Notes under the pieces: generated by a model
The model's input: only the letters and a program-made list of their open reading frames with translations
The model's database searches: none
What the model was told of the DNA's origin: nothing
Part shown: one piece after another, positions 57,847 to 64,000 of the stretch
Layout of the letters: the number at the start of each line of letters is the position of its first letter
How positions within the stretch are numbered: position 1 is the first letter of the stretch
Made by a program: the position numbers and the translations under genes
NCBI GenBank assembly: GCA_964399675.1
Contig: CAYNRK010000005.1
Coordinates: 766-64,765 of the forward strand
Direction of reading: 5' to 3'
Length of the DNA stretch: 64,000 bases
Source of the DNA: an uncultured Gammaproteobacteria bacterium
Lineage (GTDB): Bacteria; Patescibacteriota; Patescibacteriia; UBA9934; GWF2-40-263

Positions 57847-59184
57847 CTAAGCGTCGGTATTTTTTTTAAGCCATGCAAGTGCTGATGCGCGATTCATTAT
57901 GTCTCCGTCTAATTGTTTGTCGCGTGCTTTGTCCAAAATGATTCTCACCTTTGGTCCGGCTTTGGTTCCGGCTGATAACACATCATCGCCAGAGAGTAGG
58001 GGAGGGATAGGATCGCCTTCTTCTATGTTCCAACGTTTTTGAATTTCGTGTTTTCTTTTTTGGGCAGCGTTTGTTATGTGTTTTTGTCCGGTGAGATCTA
58101 GTGCTGATAAGAGCAAATTTCCATTCCCATTGAAAAACCATTTTTCAAATCGTGATGCTTTCATTGTTTTTACATTCTCAATTAACAAGCCACTGTTTAA
58201 TCTTTCAATAATTTTTTTGATTTGCCCTATCTCAATTCTTCTTGAAGACGACTTTGAAAGTGTTGACAGGCCGGTTAGTTTTACGGTTTTTTCAAAGTCT
58301 TTTTGTGTCAAATCTTTTAATAGCAGGATTATAAATAATGACACACGATGATTTTTTATATTTCCCAGCATTTTTGTATTTCTCGGGCTTGTGCGGAGAT
58401 TAGTAAAAAGAAGATCTAGTATTTTTGTTTCCTGAAGGAGTTCAAAAGTTTTCTGCGGATTTGCATAGATCATTTTGGCAAGTTCTGCGCCAACAATTTC
58501 TCGTGGCACAATAAACTGAAGTTTGTTGTTTACACGACGCTTCTTGTTTATGCTCGCAATATTTTTTTTAATTGCCAAAAATGTTTTCTTTTCTATTTCA
58601 AAATTTAACTCGCATGCAAATCGAAGTGCCCGCAACATCCGTGAGTAATCTTCTTTAAAACGATCGGATGGATTTCCAACCGCTCTGATTAATTTCTTTT
58701 TTAAATCTCTTGTTCCTTTGAACGGGTCGATCAGTTCATTGGTTTTTATATTGAATGCCATTGCATTGATAGTAAAATCTCGACGGGACAAATCATCAGT
58801 AATAGAAAGGGTTGCATCTGTCATAACATTAAAATCTTTATAACCACCGGACTGTTTTTTCTTTGTAGCTTCCTTTCTGGGAAGTGCAATGTCAATGAAA
58901 GGTGTTGATATATTTTTTGGCATGAATTTGTATACACCAAAGTTTTTTCCAACCAGTTGAACCTTGCCGTTTTTTGCAAGAAAATTCTCAATTGACTTTT
59001 TATTCAAGTTGCGTATGACAAAATCAAAATCCAATTCTTTATTTTTTCTTTTAAGCAAAAGGTCACGTACGGCACCGCCAACAAGATAGAGTTCTGCTTT
59101 AGGAAATTCATTAAGAAACTTATCAATAAAAAAAAGAGAATTGGTTTTTTTAAACACTCTTTTAATTTCCTCCTCATGTTTCAT
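57847..59184 (-). CDS. CCA-adding/poly(A) polymerase family nucleotidyltransferase
   Basis: LVGGAVRDLL, DFDF, DLSRRDFTINAMA, EDYSRMLRALRF. Confidence 0.92.
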   Translation of the reverse strand: MKHEEEIKRVFKKTNSLFFIDKFLNEFPKAELYLVGGAVRDLLLKRKNKELDFDFVIRNLNKKSIENFLAKNGKVQLVGKNFGVYKFMPKNISTPFIDIALPRKEATKKKQSGGYKDFNVMTDATLSITDDLSRRDFTINAMAFNIKTNELIDPFKGTRDLKKKLIRAVGNPSDRFKEDYSRMLRALRFACELNFEIEKKTFLAIKKNIASINKKRRVNNKLQFIVPREIVGAELAKMIYANPQKTFELLQETKILDLLFTNLRTSPRNTKMLGNIKNHRVSLFIILLLKDLTQKDFEKTVKLTGLSTLSKSSSRRIEIGQIKKIIERLNSGLLIENVKTMKASRFEKWFFNGNGNLLLSALDLTGQKHITNAAQKRKHEIQKRWNIEEGDPIPPLLSGDDVLSAGTKAGPKVRIILDKARDKQLDGDIMNRASALAWLKKNTDA

Positions 59185-59186
59185 AT

Positions 59187-59337
59187 TTTTTTACCAACCC
59201 CGGGGGTTGGTAAATAGGTAAGTGGATAACATTTTTTGTCTACAGTAATGTGGTCAAAAATATTATTGCAGACTTATTTTTTCCAAATTTCATAAACAAT
59301 TCGTCTATTTTTTTACCAACCCCGGGGGTTGGTAAAT
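59187..59337. repeat. Two copies of palindrome TTTACCAACCCCGGGGGTTGGTAAA
   Basis: Identical near-perfect palindromes at ~59190-59214 and ~59312-59336. Confidence 0.8.
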
Positions 59338-59530
59338 TGTTATGAGAATTGTGAAAAAATCTTCTTTCAAAATACCACACTTCGTCAAGTTTTTTATGGT
59401 GATTTTCTTGGGAATTTATACACAGGGTAATTGTTTGTACCCTATATGTCACCATGATATAATTTTATCGAACTTTTTTGACGCGACCACGTCAATTTAA
59501 ATTTAATTTCGATCTTAAAATTTTTTCATT

Positions 59531-61444
59531 ATGAAAAAGATCGCCGTCCTCTTCCCAACGCTTGCAATCGCCCTTTTCGGCATTGTGGGCATCGGCGTCT
59601 CCACGGTTTTTGCAGCCGGTAGCGCAACTATGAATCTCTCGCCAACGAATGTTTCCGTTGACCCTGGTGAGACATTTACGCTCAGTGTTGTAGTAAATCC
59701 AAATGGAGCATCGCTCGATACAGTGCGACTGAATATCAGATACGATTCAGACGCCATTGAGGCTTTGTCATATGACAACGGAAGCCTCTTTCCATTCCTT
59801 TCTCCAGCTAACGAGATTGATAACGACTCCGATGGAGTTGGAGAACTCAGTTATGGGGCATTCAAATTTGGATCTCCTGTAACAAGCTCTGGTGTTGTAG
59901 GAACTGTTACGTTCCGCGCACTGACTGGCGGAAGCCATACTGTAACCGTGAACAGCACATCAAAGCTGATCTCTGACGGAATTGAAAAACTTAATACAAG
60001 CAACTTGGGATCAACAAGCGTTTCTGTTAGTGGCGGAAGTGCAGATAAGACACAGCTTACAGACACACCAACAGCAGACGTCACAATTGGTGGCGAAACA
60101 GAAGAGGATGCAACTGATGAAGAAAATGCTCTTACATATTTCACCGCTCTTGCAGGCCGCACCCCATCAACGCTAGAAGATTGGGACATGCACCAGTGCA
60201 TAATTGATGACTCCTGTCTTGATGTAAATGCCCGAGACCTTAGTTATGAAAATGCTGCACTTGCTTTCTTTAACAACGTATTCGGAACTAATCCATCTTC
60301 AGCAATGGATTGGAACTCAGTGCATGCACTTGCATATACAAGTGTTGGACAAGGGATTCTGGGGCTTGAACCATTAAGTACTGAAGTAGTGGAAACACCA
60401 ACAGCAACGGAAACTCCCGCAGCAGAGGAAGAGGCTGCTGAGGAAGAAGAAGTCGTGGAAGAAGAAAAAGACTACTCAGTAATGACAGATGTAGAAAAAG
60501 AAGCAACAGCACTTAAGTACTTCGGAGCATTCTACGGACGCATGCCAAGTTCCGGTAATGATTGGGACGCATTGCACTGCATGGCTTATGGCGGATGCCA
60601 AGGTGATCCACGAGATGTAGAGGCAGAAGCAGCAGCTCTTGAAACTTATGGAGCTAAGTACGGCAAGATGCCGGAAACAACAATTGAATGGAACACACTC
60701 CACGTTCTTGCTTACACAGATTTGTTGCAAGCAGGAGAAGAAGAGGTCGGAGAGGTTGAAGAGGTCGAAGAAGTCGAAGAGGTTGTCGAAGAGGAAGTGG
60801 TTGTTGAAGAGGTAGTTGAGGAAGTTGTTGAGGAAGAAGAAAAAGACTACTCAGTAATGACAGATGTAGAAAAAGAAGCAACAGCACTTAAGTACTTCGG
60901 AGCATTCTACGGACGCATGCCAAGTTCCGGTAATGATTGGGACGCATTGCACTGCATGGCTTATGGCGGATGCCAAGGTGATCCACGAGATGTAGAGGCA
61001 GAAGCAGCAGCTCTTGAAACTTATGGAGCTAAGTACGGCAAGATGCCGGAAACAACAATTGAATGGAACACACTCCACGTTCTTGCTTACACAGATTTGT
61101 TGCAAGCAGGAGAAGAAGAGGTCGGAGAGGTTGAAGAGGTCGAAGAAGTCGAAGAGGTTGTCGAAGAGGAAGTGGTTGAAGGAGAAGTTGTTGAGGAAGA
61201 ATCAGATGAACTTACTGATGAAGATGCAATCGGTCTTTATGGACAGATTTATGGAGAGTTGCCAGGGGATGGAAATAGCGGCTGGTCTTTCGTTGACATT
61301 GCTGTGAATGGATACACAGGCGAACGAGATCTGGATGCTGAAGCAGCAGCACTTGAAACTTACACCTCAACCTTTAATAGTCTTCCTGCAAGTGATTCAG
61401 ATTGGAGAGTAATGGATGCAATCGCTTATTCAACAACTAGTTAA
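59531..61444 (+). CDS. Secreted protein: cohesin-like domain + acidic linkers + repeated helical modules
   Basis: Signal peptide; SP....V..GETFTL.V.V...TV.F cohesin-like pattern; ~8 copies of E.AAL..F/Y...YG..P....W..LH..AY. Confidence 0.75.
   Translation: MKKIAVLFPTLAIALFGIVGIGVSTVFAAGSATMNLSPTNVSVDPGETFTLSVVVNPNGASLDTVRLNIRYDSDAIEALSYDNGSLFPFLSPANEIDNDSDGVGELSYGAFKFGSPVTSSGVVGTVTFRALTGGSHTVTVNSTSKLISDGIEKLNTSNLGSTSVSVSGGSADKTQLTDTPTADVTIGGETEEDATDEENALTYFTALAGRTPSTLEDWDMHQCIIDDSCLDVNARDLSYENAALAFFNNVFGTNPSSAMDWNSVHALAYTSVGQGILGLEPLSTEVVETPTATETPAAEEEAAEEEEVVEEEKDYSVMTDVEKEATALKYFGAFYGRMPSSGNDWDALHCMAYGGCQGDPRDVEAEAAALETYGAKYGKMPETTIEWNTLHVLAYTDLLQAGEEEVGEVEEVEEVEEVVEEEVVVEEVVEEVVEEEEKDYSVMTDVEKEATALKYFGAFYGRMPSSGNDWDALHCMAYGGCQGDPRDVEAEAAALETYGAKYGKMPETTIEWNTLHVLAYTDLLQAGEEEVGEVEEVEEVEEVVEEEVVEGEVVEEESDELTDEDAIGLYGQIYGELPGDGNSGWSFVDIAVNGYTGERDLDAEAAALETYTSTFNSLPASDSDWRVMDAIAYSTTS
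60457..61178 (+). repeat. Identical intragenic duplication (347 bp, period 375 bp)
   Basis: 60457-60803 equals 60832-61178. Confidence 0.9.
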
Positions 61445-61464
61445 TTTACGGAGGCACAAGCGAT

Positions 61465-62313
61465 ATGAAATACAACATTCTCATCCTAGCCCTCGCACTC
61501 GTGATGTTTCCGTTCGGAGTATTTGCAGCAAAATCAAGCACAAGCTACATATTGGATCCTGCTGACAACGTTACGACAATACACCACTCAGTAAGCTCAA
61601 CAAGTTATGCGATTGACGGCTCTCTTGACCCAATGACCGGCAGTCTCTCGTCCACTTCATATGCTATTGAATCAGGTGATGCAGCTCGATTCTTTTGCGG
61701 AGACGGATTCGTAGATTCCGGCGAAGATTGTGACAGTGACGATTTATTAAACGGCGGAACATGTGTAAGCGAAGGATTCTCAAGCGGAACACTAACTTGT
61801 TCATCAACCTGTGCATACGTCACCACTTCCTGTAACTCCGGAGGCGGCGGAGGCGGCGGAGGCGGAGGTGGAGGCGGCGGTAGTGTTACCGTGCCAAACC
61901 CGGCAACTGTTTCAAGTGAAATTACAGGTCTGGAATTCACTTACAGTTCAAGCATGCTTCTTTATGGAGGCAAAACAGTAAGTGCATCAGGTGTAAAAAT
62001 TAACACCTCAACATCCGGGGTTACATATCCGAACTCAACTTCCTGGCAGAAAACAGTTTCACTTTCTTACAGATCCAACTCATTTGACATTGTTGCATTC
62101 AGTGGTGGTGGAAGTGCGGCAACAACAACCTATGAAATTTACAGGCGATTGATTGGAGATCTTACTGAGGACAACACAGTAGACGACTATGACCTTAGTA
62201 AGTTCGTTGGACTGTGGGGAGGTTCGGACAGAGCAGGGGACTTTAATGAAGATAGTACAGTTGATGATTACGACTTCTCAATGTTAGTTGCTCGTTGGGG
62301 AACATCGGTTTAA
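61465..62313 (+). CDS. Secreted protein with Cys-rich module, poly-Gly linker and C-terminal dockerin-like domain
   Basis: CGDGFVD.GEDCD; GDLTEDNTVDDYDL...GDFNEDSTVDDYDF duplicated Ca-binding loops. Confidence 0.8.
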   Translation: MKYNILILALALVMFPFGVFAAKSSTSYILDPADNVTTIHHSVSSTSYAIDGSLDPMTGSLSSTSYAIESGDAARFFCGDGFVDSGEDCDSDDLLNGGTCVSEGFSSGTLTCSSTCAYVTTSCNSGGGGGGGGGGGGGGSVTVPNPATVSSEITGLEFTYSSSMLLYGGKTVSASGVKINTSTSGVTYPNSTSWQKTVSLSYRSNSFDIVAFSGGGSAATTTYEIYRRLIGDLTEDNTVDDYDLSKFVGLWGGSDRAGDFNEDSTVDDYDFSMLVARWGTSV

Positions 62314-62334
62314 AGGGGGCAAGATGAATAAATT

Positions 62335-63522
62335 ATGAAACAATTTTTAACCGGACTGATGATCTTGAGTGTCATGGTGTTGATCGCACCAGTGGCACAA
62401 GCAGCAAGCGCAACCATGAGTCTTAGTACAGATGTACAGACAATTCAGAGGGGACAAACGTTTGATGTAGTGATCGGAGTGAATCCAAACGGCGAAGAGC
62501 TCGATACAGCAAGAGCTGTTATAACCTTTACTCCAGGAGTGCTCAGTATTGAAGATTCAGAACTAACAGGATCGTTTAATCGAACCTCGCCAGGGAATTC
62601 AGCCAACAATTCAACAGGGAAACTTTCACTAGGGGGTTTCACTCTTGAAGGGCCGATCACAAGATCAGGAGAGTATGCGCGAGCAAGTTTCAGAGCACAG
62701 CAAACAGGCACTGCAACAATCACAGTTTCACCGGACTCAAGACTTATTTCAGCAGGGGAAGAAAAGATTGACACAGCATTTGTTTCATCAGTTGAGATAA
62801 CTGTGGAAGATGCACAAGACGATCAGGAAGTAGCAAGACTGGCAGTGAGCTCAGACTCACACAAAAACCCTGCCATTTGGTATAGCAACAACACGGTTGA
62901 TCTCTCATGGGAGGTTAACCAAGCTGGAGCAACAGATTTAACAGGATTTTATGTAACATTTGACCAACAATCTGACACAGACCCAACAGTATTTGTAAGC
63001 GCTTCGACTTTAAGCCGAACATACTCGGACGTTGAAGATGGTGTGTGGTACTTCCACATCAAAGGCCAGCACGAGAATGGTAAACAAACAAAAACCGTTC
63101 ATCGTCGCGTGGCAGTTGACACAACACCACCAAACGAACTTGCAGTAACGTTTAGCTACTCTCAATTACTTGAGACAGAAACAACAGAAGCATTTTTTGG
63201 AACAACAGACGATACTTCCGGAGTTCTCTACTATGAGGCAGCGATTAATCGTGGGGCATTTGAGCCACATGTTAGTCCGCTTACTTTAGGAAACATGCCA
63301 GTGGGAACATATTTTGTTGAAGTCAAAGCAATTGATAAAGCAGGTAATGAAATTTTTGGGTCAAACACCTTACGAGTTTATCCAAAAGGAACAGAATTAA
63401 TTAGACCGGAAGAAACAGAAAAATCTGGCCTAACAAATAGAATGAAGATTTTGATAACTGTTGTGTTGGGAGCTCTCATCCTCTTTACAATAATTTATGG
63501 AATTAAAAAAAGAAAAAATTAA
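62335..63522 (+). CDS. Membrane-anchored protein with cohesin-like and Ig/FN3-like domains
   Basis: Signal peptide; GQTFDVVIGV; DGVWYFHIK..VDTTPP; C-terminal TM + KKRKN. Confidence 0.75.
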   Translation: MKQFLTGLMILSVMVLIAPVAQAASATMSLSTDVQTIQRGQTFDVVIGVNPNGEELDTARAVITFTPGVLSIEDSELTGSFNRTSPGNSANNSTGKLSLGGFTLEGPITRSGEYARASFRAQQTGTATITVSPDSRLISAGEEKIDTAFVSSVEITVEDAQDDQEVARLAVSSDSHKNPAIWYSNNTVDLSWEVNQAGATDLTGFYVTFDQQSDTDPTVFVSASTLSRTYSDVEDGVWYFHIKGQHENGKQTKTVHRRVAVDTTPPNELAVTFSYSQLLETETTEAFFGTTDDTSGVLYYEAAINRGAFEPHVSPLTLGNMPVGTYFVEVKAIDKAGNEIFGSNTLRVYPKGTELIRPEETEKSGLTNRMKILITVVLGALILFTIIYGIKKRKN

Positions 63523-63688
63523 TAAACAATAATAAATATCACCAAGTCTTAAAAAATTAAGGCTTGGTGATTGAGTCGTTTGAGGAATTTTTCATCAACC
63601 GACTTGATTACCAAGCCGAGTGTGAGTATGACCACTCACGCTCAGTCAAATTTTAAAAAATTAATTGCATATACAAATAAAAAAAAGT

Positions 63689-64000
63689 ATGCGCGTCGCC
63701 AAAACACTTCTAAACACTTTCGTCGGAATCTCCCTGGTGTTTTACACACTAGCCATTGGAATTCTGGCAACACCGCTTGCTGCAGAAGCTGCAACAACCG
63801 GTATCCCAGATACAATCACGTATCAGGGTCGATTAAAAAATTCAAGTGGTGCTGCCTTAACAGGTACGTACGACTTTATTTTCTATCTGTACGATGCTTC
63901 TACAGGTGGAACTTTAACAGCAACTGTCACAAAGGATGATGTAACAGTAACAAGTGGTTATTTTACAACATCACTCAGCTTTGATGACACGATTTCTGAT
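63689..64000 (+). CDS. Large secreted surface protein, 5' part (runs off window)
   Basis: MRVAKTLL...AAEAATTGIPDTITYQGRLKNSSG..LTGTYDFIFYLYDASTGG; open to the window end. Confidence 0.75.
   Translation, partial: MRVAKTLLNTFVGISLVFYTLAIGILATPLAAEAATTGIPDTITYQGRLKNSSGAALTGTYDFIFYLYDASTGGTLTATVTKDDVTVTSGYFTTSLSFDDTISD

Overview
Bacterial chromosome segment, by inference a Patescibacteria/CPR genome (VirB2-like pilin, tRNA-Ile with UAU anticodon, short palindromic intergenic repeats, cohesin/dockerin surface proteins). Low-GC housekeeping genes (trpS, rnj, secG, uvrA, rplS, cmk, rluD, cca-like, rnpB, 3 tRNAs) and a ~29 kb surface-glycan locus are interspersed with visibly higher-GC genes that each carry their own promoter and terminator. 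Highlights: (1) a complete diversity-generating retroelement (target/VR, hairpin, TR, antisense avd, RT) at 21.2-24.1 kb, bracketed by a perfect 22-bp direct repeat that is itself a promoter; (2) a second, decayed DGR-type RT at the window start; (3) a tandem array of four paralogous exported proteins of an unrecognised family with a shared promoter/leader and related terminators; (4) an IS1111-type IS110 element whose ends, 2-bp core, empty site and candidate donor-binding RNA loop can be read from the sequence, and whose non-coding end carries a 28-nt segment antisense to its own transposase gene; (5) palindromic elements inserted in frame in rplS and the RT pseudogene; (6) a ugd gene split at an A7 slippery run. 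No database searches were run: products come from motif recognition, and GC statements are visual estimates.
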